Assembly: GCA_035221665.1 (NCBI GenBank)
Contig: CM069148.1
Span: forward strand, 26,164,001 to 26,228,000
Direction of reading: 5' to 3'
Origin: Okamejei kenojei
Lineage: Eukaryota
DNA: 64,000 bases
A model generated the notes under the pieces. That model was not told where the DNA came from. It ran no database searches and worked only from the letters and a program-made list of their open reading frames with translations. Positions 38,781-53,384 of this stretch are shown here, one piece after another. How positions within the stretch are numbered: the stretch's first letter is position 1; each line of letters begins with the position of its first letter. The translations under genes and the position numbers were made by a program.

Positions 38781-39980
38781 CATAGAGACATAGACTACAG
38801 AGCTTCAAAGCCTAGTCCTGGTCGTATGTTGAAGGAGGAGGCAAGGGGACGGCACGCCAGCTGTTGCTGCCAATCATGCCTGTAACCAGATAGGGGAAGC
38901 TGATGGACTCCAATGCCAGAATGCTGAGTTAAACACAAAGTGCTGGAGTAACTCAGTGGGTCAGGCAGCATCTCAGCTGTAGCATGTCCATTTCCTGTTA
39001 ACAGTGTTACTCCAGCACTTTGTGTTTTACTCAAGATTCCAGCATCTGCAGTCCCTTGTATCTCCTAGAATTTAACATACCCCCCCCCCCCCCCCCCCCC
39101 GGGGTGAAAAAGACTGACTGGTTAACCTATCTGTGCCTCTCGCTTTGGAATCAACTTCAATCAGGTCTCTTTTTCAACCTCTCCTGAGAAAACAATGCAA
39201 CGTCTGCTTGCAGTTGAATCTCTAATTCGGACATCATTCTGGTAAAATGGAGATATTTACCTGTAGATTCTGGAATCTCGAGCAAAACACAAAGTGCTGG
39301 AGAAACTATGTTGACCCACTTTCTCATCCGCCCCCTACACACTGAGGGCATTTCACAGAGTCCAATTAATGTACAAACCTGCACATTTTAGGGATGTGGG
39401 AGGAAACTGGAGCACCCAGAGGAAACCCTCATGGTAACAGAGAGAACATGCAAACTCCGTTGCAGACAGCTCCTGAGGATCGAACCTGGGGCTCTACTAG
39501 CTGTGCCACTGTCATCCTTTTATGTCATCTTTCTGACCCAAAGCAACTTGGCCCTAATTGTAATTATACTCCTTTGTCCTGATGTCTGCCACCAAAGGAA
39601 ATTGTTTTAATCTTCCCATTTCTGGTTAATCACACATTTCTGTCGATCAGCATAAATAGCGCAATTAGATAATTCATCATTCAATCAAACAATCGTTTCT
39701 TGAAAATGTAAAATATAGAATCCTGCTTTGAGTTATTCCTGACTAATGTTATTTTGGAAGTGACACCAGTCTTGCCTCCTGAATTATTTACCATTTTCCT
39801 TTGAAGAAAATCCCAGGTGTTTTCCGTACTTGGGGTTTGAAGTTTAGCAGGATATGGTGAACAACAGATACTGATTCGCATTGCAGTTTAAGGATGCGCC
39901 AGCCTATTTTGTAGCCCAGATAACCAAAGATATCTAGGCCACTGAACACAACATTACCATTGTGCGGCCCCTGCGATTCA

Positions 39981-40115
39981 CTTCTTCTGTCGTGTGGCAT
40001 GCACAGCCTAAAGTTGTTGGACAACATGTTCTATTTGATCTTCCGTTTGTGCACGTTGGGTTGATTGCTTTAGTCGAAACAGGGCGGACCACGTAAAGGT
40101 TGCATCTTCCACCCC
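39981..40115 (-). mobile_element. Short non-autonomous element: HDV-like ribozyme 5' end + Vingi-type (GAA)n tail
   Basis: TSD TGCGATTCA / TGTGATTCA; homologous to 45302-45442; pseudoknot pairings traced by hand. Confidence 0.75.
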
Positions 40116-40526
40116 TGTGATTCACTGAAAGAGTGCTGCATATAGAGCGTCTCTCACACCCTACCTGGTTGTTGCCATTGCATTGAGGGATGCAAACTTA
40201 CAAAGACTCGCAAATATGGACGCCTAAATGGAGAACTAACCCACCTGGACCAAGCAGACTGGCGTGAAAATAGGAAGGGATGTAGGACTAATAGAACTTA
40301 CTGGCTCTGGGAGCAGGAACATGAACGGTGAAGATTGCTAACAACAATAATGGACAGTAAAAGACACTAAAACACAACGTTATTGCTATCTTCTAAAACA
40401 GAAACTGAGAATTAGGTCTTTCCCCACATTTAAAAGGCATTCGGACAGGTACATGGTAAATAGTTTACATCCCAACCAGGGAAAAAACTTTGGCCAATAC
40501 ACTGCATCGGTAAGAAATGTGCCAAT

Positions 40527-40532
40527 TTTATT
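40527..40532 (-). terminator. Candidate ABCC8 polyadenylation signal AATAAA
   Basis: TTTATT on the + strand about 40 nt past the ABCC8 stop codon. Confidence 0.45.
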
Positions 40533-40573
40533 TACAGAACAAATGAAATTACAAATGCAACTATTGCTATGTA

Positions 40574-40711
40574 TCATTTATCTGCCTGTACAAAAGAGGC
40601 AAAGGTTCCATCCCTTTGTTCCAAGAGTATACTGGGAGTGTCGTATTCCAAGATAATTCCTCTCTTCATCACAATCACCAAGTCTGCATTCAAAATGGTG
40701 TGCACACGATG
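40574..40711 (-). CDS. ABCC8: SUR1 last coding exon (human exon 39 equivalent)
   Basis: Acceptor TTTTTCCAG|; [45 protein letters not shown]. The C-terminal ADK is SUR1-type. Confidence 0.95.
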   Translation of the reverse strand, partial: HRVHTILNADLVIVMKRGIILEYDTPSILLEQRDGTFASFVQADK

Positions 40712-42386
40712 CTGGAAAAACAAAATAATTATTAGCATGATTTGCTTTCAAGACCAGATATTAGTTTGAAAAATATGAATCTTGGTTAGCCACTCAGCAG
40801 CGCTGGAAAGCAAAACACAGCCCGGGTTAGTTTTGGAAGCAGAATACATCTGTTTTTGCAACAATTACACACCATTCCCATACAAACCCAGCAAGTCACC
40901 TTTGTGCCTGCATCTTTATTTTCTGGACTTCACTAAAGAGGCAAATTTGCTGTCTTTGCTCATCAAATTAGATACAGAATCGTTCTCTGCTACTGTGCCT
41001 TCAAACAGGACTACAATCTGATCTGCGTCCAAAATTAGCGAAACCCGATGCTATAAAAGGAAAGGTGGAAAATCTTTCACACAGGTTCACAATAAAGTCG
41101 TAACGATGAGCAAGTCATAACGTTCCCATGATAGTTACTACTTTGGTTGGATTGAACTGGCGTTGCTCTCCATTCCATTGTCATATTATTGAGATCTGGT
41201 TTTGGCCCTGACTTCAGGTACTATTAGTTTACATGTTCTCACTGACTGCATGGGATTTCTCTGCAAGCATAAGTCTTCCCACATCCCTAAGAGATGCAGA
41301 TTTTTAGGTTAAATGGCCTGCATAAATTGTCCCAAGTGTGTATGGAGTAGAAGAGAAAGTGAGATAACATAGACCTAGTGTGAACTGGTTATTGATGGTC
41401 AGTGTGGACTCGGTGGCTTGAAGGACTTTTCCACATTCTCCAAAAACATCCATTAAAAAACAAAATTAATTCAAGAAAAAACAATATTTAATTCGCTTCG
41501 TACTTGATTATCAACTTCATACAGATTAATAAAATATATTTTGACGCATTAGATGTTTTAGGGTTCTGGTTTTACTAAATCAGTAATCCAGAGTTGAACA
41601 ATCCATAAGAGTTGGTCTAATATCCGTCCCATTAGTACTTATTGTTTTAAAAGAATAAATATACAAAATTATAATTGTTTATGTCACTTGTTTATTAATA
41701 CCTTTTGGTTTTCTAGCATAAAATCCCTTACTCCTTTTGAATTTCTGCAATGTCAGGTTTATATGGAAGATTCAGCACTCCCAATTCATTAATTAAAGGA
41801 AAGCATTTATTGTGGCCCCATTCCTAATCAGTGGTCTCAATACACAGCCCAACATCCATATTTCCAAGGTATCTATACATGGATGAAACATGAGTACCTG
41901 TCTGATATTCAATTCTCAAATTTGATCTTTAAGAATCTTCCAATCAGTGTGCTTGCAACTCAGGATCCCTAACCACAGATGTTAAACTGTTCTCATTATA
42001 TTTAAGATGGATGCAAAGCGCTGGAGTAACTCAACGGGTTGGGCAACATCTCTGGAGAAAATGGATAGGTGATGTTTCAGATCAGGACCATCCTTCAGAC
42101 TCATTATATTTGCTTGGGTTTGTTTGTTTCTCCCCAATTATGGGTGTGTGATGGGAACACACTTTGCAGTTTCAGGGCTTACCAATGCAAATCCTAAACC
42201 CGTATCACTTTTCTCTTGGTTGATGCCTCTCAGGTGAAATGATCATAAATGAAATTCGAAACACCTTTTTCTTTCGTTGACAATACCATCCTTTAAAACT
42301 CTTGGTTTATCCACAGTCAGTTACACCTACGAACCTGGAATCCTATCTTGGTGGATTCTAAACTAGTAAAGGCTGATGTTACTTAC

Positions 42387-42449
42387 AGCAATGGTCACCA
42401 CTGTTCGATCTGCAAAGGCTGTCATCACAACTTTCTGTAAAATATTTTC
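42387..42449 (-). CDS. ABCC8: SUR1 exon (38 equivalent)
   Basis: ENILQKVVMTAFADRTVVTIA; AG and GTAAGT flanks; 63 nt. Confidence 0.95.
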
Positions 42450-43049
42450 CTGCAAAAGAGCAGTATCATTTAGTGTCATTCAGCACAGAAACAGGCCCAA
42501 CGGCAGAACTCGTCTGTGTTGACCAAGATGTCTTATCTAAGCTGGTCCCACATGCCTGCATTTGGCTCATATCCCTCTAAACCTTTTGGATTCATGTACT
42601 TGTTCAAGTGTCTTCTAAAAGCTGTTTATAGTACCAACATCAACTACCTCCTAGGGCTGCTCGTTGCATATACCCACACCCTATGAGTGAAAAAGTTACC
42701 CCTATTCAATCCATCCCCTGTCATTGTAAACCTTTGTCGTCTGGTTCTTGGTTCCCCTCCCCTCAACTTAGTTGTATGTGTAAATAATAAAAATAGTGAA
42801 CAGAGGTGATTCAAATTCAGCATTTGCAACGCAAGAATTTTCTGAAAACATCCTTGAAATATATATTGGTTACACCAAACTACTTTATGTTTTATAGAGA
42901 TGTATGACTATTTTATCCCTTACCACAGATGGTAACCTGATCTTGGAAGATTTGCATGGAGTTGTTTGCTCCTCCCTGATGATGGGTATGTGATGGGAAC
43001 ACACTTTGCAGTTTCAGTGCTTGCCCGTGCAAATCCTAAAACTGTTTCA

Positions 43050-43253
<204 letters not shown>

Positions 43254-45301
43254 TCAGATATGAAAAACGTCGGAGTCATGATTCATGACTGAAGTAGTAT
43301 AATAAACTTAACATTCATTGACCTGGCAAACTACTCAACAATGTTTAGTACATTTAATTTTTAATTTAGTTTAGTTCAGAGATGCAGCACAAAATTGCCC
43401 AGGGTGGAAATATCAAAGACTGGAAGGCCAAGATTTATAGTGCGAAGGACATAGTTTAACTGAGATATGTGGGGCAGGTTTTTAAACACAGAGTGGCGGG
43501 TGCCTGGAACGCACTGCCAGAATGGTGGTGGAGATGGTTAATCTTTATTTTTAAACATTTAATATTTATTTTCCTTCGGCATAATGTGGAAAGGAATATT
43601 TGCTCTCCTGACTTTTCAAAAAAAAGCTAATTATTGCCATTGTTTTGGTCTTCAGGACAGAAATTCCTTGCAATTAAATATAAAAACGCCCAATAATCTG
43701 ACTAATATTTTGCATTGCAGATATTATACTGTTTACATTAGTCTGGGTTGATGGTAATAGTACATAGAGGCTCGCAATTCCCGCACCAAGGTGTGTACGG
43801 CCCGGGAGGTAAATTAGAATATAGAACAGTACAACACAGAAACAGACACTTCGGCCCGCAATGTCTGTGTCTGTGTCTGTGTCTGACATGGTGCCAAGTT
43901 AAACTATTCTCTGCCTGCACATGAACCGTATCCCTCTACTCCCTGCATATTCATGTGCCTCTCTAAAAGCTGTTCCAGGCACCCACCACTCTATGTTTAA
44001 AAACATTCCCTGCACCATAAAGCTATGCCCTCCAGCCTTTCACATTTCCACCCTGGGCAAAAGATTCTGCCTGTCTAACCAACCTTTGTCTCTCGTACGT
44101 TTTTGCTGTATCTCTGAACTAAATTAAATGTATTAAACGTTGAATAATTTGCAAGGTCAATTAACCCTCTGGCTATTGACATGGATGCTACTTCCCACAG
44201 CCATAAGCGTTAGTATAAAGAGCATCAGTAAACTGACCACAATTGTTTTGAATTGATTAAAAGATACAGCATTGAAACAGACCCTTCATCCCATCGTCCA
44301 CGATGACCATTGATCTCCCATTCACGCTAGTTCTATGTAATCCCACTTTCTCATCCACTCCCTACACACTAGGTAAATTACAAAGGTAAATTAACCTACA
44401 AACCCACACGTCTTTGCGACGTGGGAGGAAACTGGAGCACCAGGAGGAATCTCACATGGTCACTGGGAGAAAGTGCAACGTTAGGATCGGACCCGGGTCT
44501 CTGGTGCTGTGAAGCAGCAGCACTACCAGCTGCGACACTGTGCCGCCTTACATTTATCACTGCTAAGCCTGACCTATCTGATGTCAGTGCATACGCAGTT
44601 TCTAACAGGTCATTGAAAGATTTCCAGGAATTCCCAATATTAGAAGTCAATTACACTCTCCCTGTGCGAGATACTCACTTGGCCAGCAACAGAGATACAG
44701 CACAGAAATAGGCCCTTTAGCCTACCGAGTCCGCGCCGACCAGTGATCACCCCGTACACTAACACTATCCTACGCACTGAGGACTATTTATAATTTAGAG
44801 AAGCCAATTAACCTACAAACCTTTGGAGTGTTGGAGGAAACCCAGAGAAAGCGCACTTGATCAAGGGGCGAAGAGAAGTGGGGAAAAAAGATCTGAAGCA
44901 TGCATTCTTTAAATGCATAGTTGCCCTGCACTATAAGGTCTCCCACCTCGTATGCTTGTGCTGGTTTATTTACAACTGGATATGAGTCTGTTCCAGGAGA
45001 GTGGGATGCGCCTTGATCCTAGCTTTAATTATTTTTGATTGGGGAGACGTGTAGTTATAATTCTACTCCGCATGTCCCAACCAAAACATTCACAATTCAT
45101 TAGCGTCATGTTTATGCGGTGTAATATTTTAAAATTGCAAGCCAACCTCGAATCTATTTCACTCATGTAACTGGATCCACAGGATTGTGGCAATGTTTAT
45201 CAATGTGGCTGGTTCATTTGTCGCAAACAAATTTAAAAGTCATTTGGACAAGGCAGCACAGTGGCACAGCGGTAAAGTTGCTGTCTCACAGCGCCTGAGA
45301 C

Positions 45302-45442
45302 GGGGTAGAAGATTGCAACCTTCACGTGGTCCGCCCTGCTTCGATGAATGCAATTAGCCCGGCATGCACAATCATATAAGATCAAATAGAACAAGTTGTC
45401 CTACAACTTTAGCCTGTGCACGCCATACGGCAGAAGAAGAAG
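45302..45442 (+). mobile_element. Second HDV-like-ribozyme/Vingi-tail short element, inserted in a tRNA SINE
   Basis: TSD CGCCTGAGAC / CTCCAGAGAC (host SINE consensus CGCCAGAGAC); ends CATACGGCAGAAGAAGAAG. Confidence 0.75.
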
Positions 45443-46476
45443 CTCCAGAGACCCGGGTTCAATCCTGACTACAGGTGCTGTCAGTACTGAGTTTGCTCCA
45501 GTTTCCTTCCACATTCCAAAGACGTACAAGTTTGTAGGTTAATTGGCTTCGATAAAACTAAACTAAACGAAAGGTGCGTGCATGTGATAGGTTTAGAGGG
45601 ATAGTTGCCAAATGTGGGCAGGTGGGACTAGCATAGATGAGGACTGGTGATTGCCATGGACGAGTTGAGGCGAAGGGCCTGTTTCTGACTGTATGACTAT
45701 GACTCTAGGTCTGAGATCAACTAAATGTCATTCCCTTTATCCTGTATCTTTACACTGTGGGCTGTGTGATTGTAATCATGTATAGTCTTTCCGCTGACAC
45801 GTCAGCATGTAACAAAAAAGCTTTTCACTACCTCGGTACACGTTACAACAAACTAAACTCATCTGGAGGAAACTAAAGCTTGACCTATGCTATTATAAAT
45901 CATGGTACTATACTACATGTTGCATGCATCATGAACTACATTAGTAAAAAATGCCATTAAAAAGATTAAGACAAGGCTTTTTGTCTTCAAATTATTTTTT
46001 CTTTATCTGCCGCAAGTGGACAGAAATAAAAGATAGCTGTATAAACCAGTGTCGTCGCTGGATGCCCATTAACTTAAAAAGGCAGCGATGCTCTCTCCCT
46101 CTCATGCTGCTAAGCTTTTCCTCTGCAGTCTCACAAATTAAACTAAAAATAAACTGCTGCCAAAACTAGCTTTAGCTGGTATTGGAAACCTTTTGAAATT
46201 CTTGTTGTAGCTTCTGCTTCAATCACTTGCTTTATGGAGGTCAGGTTTGTTCAGGTGATGGTGTAAAATGAGACGGTAAATAAAAATCAATAGGTGGTTA
46301 AAATAAGCTGTCAGTGGACAACTGCACCAATCCACATTGCTGCCAAGACAAATACTATCCATCTGTTTCTTCCATTATCATTATCTTGCACTAAACATTA
46401 TCCCCTTTATCATGTATGCACACTGGACGACTCGATTGTAATCATGTATAGTCTTTCCACCGACTGTTTAGCATGC

Positions 46477-47157
46477 TTCTTCTTCTGTCGTATGTCTTTT
46501 AGACCTGCAGCTCCATTGAGGCGAGCCAGGCTAACGTGTCATCGTCCAGGTCAATCAGATCTCGTTCAACATTCGGTGGCAGGTGTTTGGGGCAACTGGT
46601 GACTATGTGCTCCACTGTCTGTGTTGGGTCCCCACAGTCGCAGGAGGCGCTGTCCATGAGGCCCCACATCTTCATCGCTACTACATAGCGTCCGACGCCT
46701 GTCCTCAGGCGAATGAGGGTTGTGCACTGCCTTCGGTGGCAGGTCCTGGCCAGGGGTCATCGATGCAATGGTGTAGCCTAGATGGTTCCGCTGACTTCCA
46801 CTGGTCTCTCCATCTCGTCTTGACCCAGGCGGCCTTGGAAGCGCCAGCCGGTGTTGTGCAGAGCAGCTCTTGGGCTTGCGTGGCAAAGGGGCGCCGTGAC
46901 TTGAGCCGCACTCGTTGTGGTGTCTCTGTGATGATCTGATGGAGGAGGTGGGATTCACTGGTCTGTGCCTTTCGAGGGCCAGCGTGGCTGCTTCTCGTCT
47001 GATGTTGGCCGGGGCGATGCCAGTGAGGACGGGCAGTTGGTTTACTGGGTGGCTCGTAGGCATTCGGAGACAGTCCGGAGGGCGCTGTTGAGGGCAGCAT
47101 CTAGCTTCTTGGCATGAGGTCTACGGCACCAAACCAGGGCGCAGTACTCGGCCGCTG
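46477..47157 (-). mobile_element. 5'-truncated Vingi/Ingi-like LINE
   Basis: SAAEYCALVWCR..LPVLTGIAPANIRR coding remnant; 3' end CATACGACAGAAGAAGAAG; TSD TTAGCATGC. Confidence 0.7.
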
Positions 47158-47661
47158 TTAGCATGCAAAAAAAATGTTTCACTGCACCTCGGTACATGTG
47201 ACACTAAACGAAACTTTCCTGCACTCTATCATCTTTGCATTCTTTTGCATATCCCCCACTCCCTTGCACTCTCTTATCTTTGTACATCTGTCATTCCTTT
47301 AAAATCCGAGGTTAATTGTTCGTACATTCAAACATGAGGCAAGAAGTGATTTGTATTTTCTGCGTACAAAATCTCATTTTCTTATCTGCTTAATGCAATA
47401 TTGGAGGATATGCAGCAAATTGAAACATACATGAAATATGTGATCCCTAACACTAACAGTTCAGTGGGTCAGGCAGCATCTGTGGAGAACATGGATAGGT
47501 GATGTTTCGGGTCGGGATACATCTTTAGACTGATCCCCACTACAATCAGACTGGAGAAGGATCCTGACCCGAAACATCACCAATCGATGTTCTCCACAGA
47601 TGCTGCCTGACTTGCTGAGTTACTATGTTTTTGTTGCATGTTAATTTTTCCGCTGTGTTAC

Positions 47662-47765
47662 CTAAACCTCCAGGTAAAGCTTTCACCAAGTGTTTGAGTT
47701 GTGCGATCTCTAAGGACTCCCACAGAATGCTGTCTGTGCATTTTTTCTCTGGGTCCAAGTTAAAT
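47662..47765 (-). CDS. ABCC8: SUR1 exon (36 equivalent)
   Basis: [35 protein letters not shown]; 104 nt; phases match the neighbouring exons. Confidence 0.95.
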
Positions 47766-50247
47766 CTACAGGAAAAAGAAAAAAACAAGTTCAGAATTCA
47801 AATTTTGCAAGTTTGTTGGATTATCTTCAAGTCATTGTGGTACGGAGACGCATTGAACCCAAGCCAATTCTTACTTGACAAAGTGTACACTGGAAAAAAA
47901 AGGGGGTGGCACAGTGGCAGAGTTGCTGCCGTGCAGCACCAGAGACCCGGGTTGCATCCTGACTACGGGTGCTGTCTGTACATAGTTTGCATGTTCTCCC
48001 AGAGGCCATATGGGTTTCCTCCTATTATCTTTGATTGGACTCTACTGGACTTTATCTTGCACAAAACATTATACCCTTTATCTTGTATTTGCACACGATG
48101 GACGGCTTGATTGTAATCATGTATAGTTTTTACTTTAGGCTTTAAAGATGCAACGCAGAAATAGGCCCTTCGTCCCACCGAGTCACGCGCCGACCAGGGA
48201 TCACCCCGTACATGAGAACTATCCCACACACTAGGGAAAATATAAAATTTTACTGAAGCTAAATAACCTACAAACCTGCACGTATTTGAAATGTGGGAGG
48301 AGACTGGAGTATCCGGAGAAAACCCACGCAATCACAGGGAGAACATACAAACTCCGTACAGACAGCACCCATATTCAGGATCGAATCTGGGTCTCTGGCA
48401 TGGTAAGGCAGCAGCTCTACCGCTGCGCCATTATGCTGCTCATCTTTTCATTGACTAATAGCACGCAACAAAAAAGCTTCTTACTGTACCTCGATATGCA
48501 TGACAATATTAAACTAAACTAAAACTAAACCTTTTATCAGACAAGTATCTGAATTTTGATTATTTTAATCTACATTGCAGCCTTCTAAGAACAAAGTCAA
48601 CATAGCAGAAATAATCTCTTATGCAAATTGACACTGTCAAGTCTTCTAATGTTTTTGTGCAGATTCCCCGCTTGAAAGGGATCTGATTCATCCACCCCGA
48701 AATGATGAACTGGATTTCACTCAATGGCCAAACACTTCTTTCCCATTTTTTGTTTGGCAGATTCAGCAATTAATTTACAGTTCCACTTGATTTATTGCTT
48801 CAGCCATTACTTTGAAGGCATTTGGATGTTGTAGATCTGAAGGTATTTAACGGTTTAGTCGTTTAGTAGGGATTACGTGAAGACCCCGTCCAGCACGCAT
48901 GCGCGACATTCTTCAAAGCAGCGGTGTGGATTCACAGAAAAAATACAACGATTGAAATAAATATAGTAAAGAAAAAATAAGAACTTAATTACCAGTTGAT
49001 CTGTATAATAGAGGGTGGGAGTGGAGGGCACGTAATCCCTCATCGTAACTCCTCATAAAATACACATCAAACTTCGAACTGGTAAGTTCTTATTTAATCG
49101 TACTATTTTATTTCGCAGTCATGTGAGTGACTACGTGAAGACTTCAAAGCTCTGTGATTCCGAACCGTGTACCAGCTCATGCTTCACTCACTGTCTGAAG
49201 ACCTTTGAGGGAGGAAGTATGTTATCACAATCAACAATAACATTTTTGTGAACAAAAAAGGTTTATTAATAACAACAAAAACCAGAGACTCCCCCGGGCT
49301 TAAATTAAATATTATCTGCAGACTCTAAAATTCTGTCTGCAAATGGAGCAGGTTCTGCCAGCGGCTTATTATAAAACCTTTGGTAAGTTCTTTCCGAGGA
49401 CCATCCTGCTCTGGCCAGAATACGGTCCATAGGCACGTCCATTCGCCTAGCCGCCGACGTGGATGCAGCCCTGGTGGAGTGAGATTTGTAAACATTAGTG
49501 TTGATTCTCGCGGACTTAAGCACCTGCTTGAGCCACCTTGAAATGGTTTGGCTCGTCACCTGACCATGGGGCTTCTTGTGGCTATCCATAAGGCTTTTTC
49601 TCTCCCTCTTAAGTTGTATGTTGTGTCTATGTAAATGGCGAGATGGGTCTTGGCACACAGCCGATGAATATTCCCGGAACTCCATAACTGGAGGCATGGT
49701 TCCTGGTCTAGTTTGTTTGACCAGACCCTGAATATGGAATGTGATACAGTCCAATGACTCTGTCATGCTGTCCAGCCTCAGAAGGTGGAGGGACTGTACC
49801 CTTTGCCATGAGCATGACTAATTTCAGGGTAAGTTGTTCCAGCGTGAGTGACCTGGGTGGTGGCCATCCCCCAAGGTACGTCAGCACAATGCTGACATCC
49901 CAGATCAGAGTGTACCTTGGTCTGGGGGAATTAGTGTTAAAAATACCCCTCATGAGTTTGACCACCAGTGGATGGGACCCCAAAGCCTGGTGTCCTGCTG
50001 CTGGAACCAAATAAGCTGACAACGCACTCCTGGCTGTATAGATGGCGCTGTAGCTGAGTCCATCCCGTTTTAATCCAACCAGGAACTCCACAACATTGGT
50101 AGCTGTTGCTGTTGAGTAGGTAGTTCCTGTTTTGGAGCAATACCGTTCCCATTTCCTTATGTTGGTCAGGTATTGTCTCCTGGTGGACTCCCGGTAGGAT
50201 GCGGACAGTTCCAGGTCCAGTAGAGGTCTTTTTAGAATCTGCAAGCC

Positions 50248-53091
50248 GGATCAAAAAATTTTAACAAAGATACTAGCACAAAGATTAAGCACAGTTGTTA
50301 ACGAATTAATTCATCCTGATCAAACAGGATTTATACCTAAAAGATATTCTTCATATAATCTAAGACGGTTATTTAATATCATATATTCGAAAAGAAGTGA
50401 TAAAAAAGACTTAGTAGTTATCTCGCTGGATGCAGAAAAAGCTTTTGACCAGGTGGAATGGCCTTATTTATTTTCGGTGATGGAAGCTTTTAAGCTTGGT
50501 GATAAGTTTACTACTTGGATCAAATTATTATATGCAAACCCAACAGCTAGAATAACAACAAACCGTATGTTATCAACTAAATTTAGTTTATCTCGAGGTT
50601 GTAGACAAGGCTGTCCTTTATCACCTTTACTGTTTGCGTTAGCAATCGAACCTCTTGCCCAAAGGGTAAGATTGCACCCGGAAATATATGGATATGATAC
50701 TAAAGATACTAAGAATAAAATCTCGTTATATGCGGACGATGTATTACTTTATATCACTAAACCGGAAATAAGTATCCGTAATTTGTTAAAACTAATAACG
50801 GAATTTGGTTTAATTTCAGGATACAGTATCAATTGGAATAAAAGTGAACTTATGCCAATAACCAAGAATAACTTACAGATATTACAACAATTTCCTTTTA
50901 AGATAACAAATGAAAATATTAAATATCTTGGTATTTTTGTTACAAAAAGATTTGACTCTCTATTTAAGTCTAATTTCCCGTTATTACTGAATAAATTAAA
51001 TAAAAATATTTTATACTGGAAAAGTTTACCTATTTCAATGTTAGGTAAAATAAACGCAATAAAAATGATTTTTCTCCCACAATTATTATATTTATTTCAA
51101 TCAATCCCGATATATCTCCCTAAAAATTTTTTTTAAAAAAGTAGACTCTATAGTCACTAACTTTATCTGGGATTATAAGAACCATAGAATAAATAAAAAA
51201 CACTTATGTAAAGCTAAAATAAACGGGGGTTTAGCATTACCAAATTTTATGTTTTATTATTGGGCAGTTAATATTAAAAATATGAACTTCTGGTTAGAAG
51301 AAACAGATAATAAACCAAACTGGTTAAAAATGGAAAGAGAAGACTGTTTTCCATTTGAAATTAGCTCTATAATATTTGCTAATATTAATGTACCTAAGAA
51401 AATTTATAGTGAAAACTCGATAATAGAAAGCGGAATCCGTATTTGGAAACAAATAAAGAAAACATTAAAACTAAAATTTATACCGCTAGGTCTTACTATT
51501 GCCAACAATTTTACGTTTAAACCCTCAACGATGGATAAGGCTTTTATACAATGGAAAAATAAAGGAATTTTAAATATAGGGGATCTTTATAAGGAAAATT
51601 TTTTTCTCTTTCATTTCAAGAGTTACAACAAGCTTACGGGCTTCATAATAATGAATATTTCAGATATTTACAAATCAGAAACTATATCTCTGCAAATACA
51701 CAAGAATTCAGAAATAGAAAGAGTGAAATTTTAAATGAATGCTTGAATAAACATCCAAATACAGAAAAAATGATATCATATATTTACAATATTTTGTTGG
51801 AAAGTGATATTCCATCATCGGAAATACACAGACAGCGTTGGGAAAATGAATTAGGTCAAATAATAAGCCCAGAAATATGGGAAGAAAGCTTACAACACAT
51901 ACATTACTGCTCGTTAAATGCTAAACATGCTCTTATACAGTTTAAAATTTTACATAGATTACATTACTCTAAATCTAAATTACATAATATATTTCCAAAA
52001 TTATCGCCTATATGTGATAAATGTCAAATCTTAGAAGCAAATTTGTCACATTCATTCACTAATTGTACGAAGATTGTAGAATATTGGAACAAATATTTAA
52101 GATAATCTCGAATGTTGTTAATATTACTATGATTCCTGATCCAAAGTTAATAATACTTGGAATACCGGAAACGGAACAAATAATTACAAGGAATCAAAGA
52201 ACTTTTATCGACTATTCTCTAATAATTGGGAAAAAATTAATACTAAAATTTTGGAAAGGCCCTGCATCCCCAACAATTAAAATGTGGAATACAGAAATGT
52301 CGGAGACACTTCACTTGGAGAGATTGAGACTTGTCCTTATGGATAGGTTAGATCTCTTCAAAGGGATTTGGTCTCCATACATTAAATATTTACAGGGTCA
52401 TAATGGTTCGGCGCGGGGACTTGACTGAGGCCTGAATATCTGAATGGATGAAGAAATACATATAATAAATCATGAATGTATCTCCAAGAACGGATTATTT
52501 AGTAATATTTTAATCTCCACCAAACTTTTCACATTTTCTTTTCTATTTTCTACTTTCTATCTCTATCTTTCTATCTTTAAGTAGGGAAAAAAAGTATAGA
52601 AACATATTATATATATTCTTAATATTAGTATGAATACACCTATTATTAGTTGTATGAAAATATTATAGATGTCTTAAATTTGTAATTATATAAAATTGTG
52701 CATTTTCAACTATATAATAATTTTGAAATATAAAGTTAATAATAATACAAACACTCTTAATATTATGAAAATATCATGAATATCATAGAAGTTTGGTTAA
52801 GATTGGGTATTATGTAGTTATATTAGGGGGGATTTGTATTTGGTAATTAGAAGAAATATGTGTGGTATGAGAAGTGTGAGTATATTGCTTATTTTAGGAA
52901 TATACTACATACACTCCCAATTATACAAAATAAATAACCAGGAAATGTATAATGGATAACATTACAAATAACACAAACAGTATCAATTGATAATCAATAT
53001 TATATAATTTTGTATATTATATAATTTTTAATGCCGTATAAGAGTGTACTCTGTATACATTGTTTCTATAATAAAAAAATTTAAAAAAAAA
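50248..53091 (+). mobile_element. 5'-truncated L1-clade LINE inside DIRS copy B
   Basis: DQTGFIP, SLDAEKAFD, GCRQGCPLSPLLF, YADD, Cys/His C-terminal region, 3'UTR and A tail. 14-bp TSD AGAATCTGCAAGCC at 50234-50247 and 53092-53105. Confidence 0.93.
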
Positions 53092-53384
53092 AGAATCTGC
53101 AAGCCAGGAGATTGACTCTGTCATGGCACGGGTGACTAATGCCTGTCACTGGGTGGATTAATAATTCTGGACTGCTGGGGAATTCCAACAGTGTTTCGAT
53201 AGCCATGTCGAGGGCCACTGGGAACCATGGCTGTGTAGGCCAGTCGGGTATTATCAAGATTCCTGAAGCAGAATCCAATTGAATCTTGCGTAATACCCGA
53301 CTGATGAGGCAGAAGGGAGGAAAAGCAAAGAAGAACATTTTCTCCCAAATGCAGTGTGAATGCATCAACTGCTGCTGCCTCAGG

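Noticed and set aside
40712-42386. Alternative terminal exon like SUR2A/2B, or ABCC9/KCNJ8 identity
   Set aside because: No second HRV-type exon was found; the ADK end and the intronless Kir6 CDS indicate ABCC8/KCNJ11.
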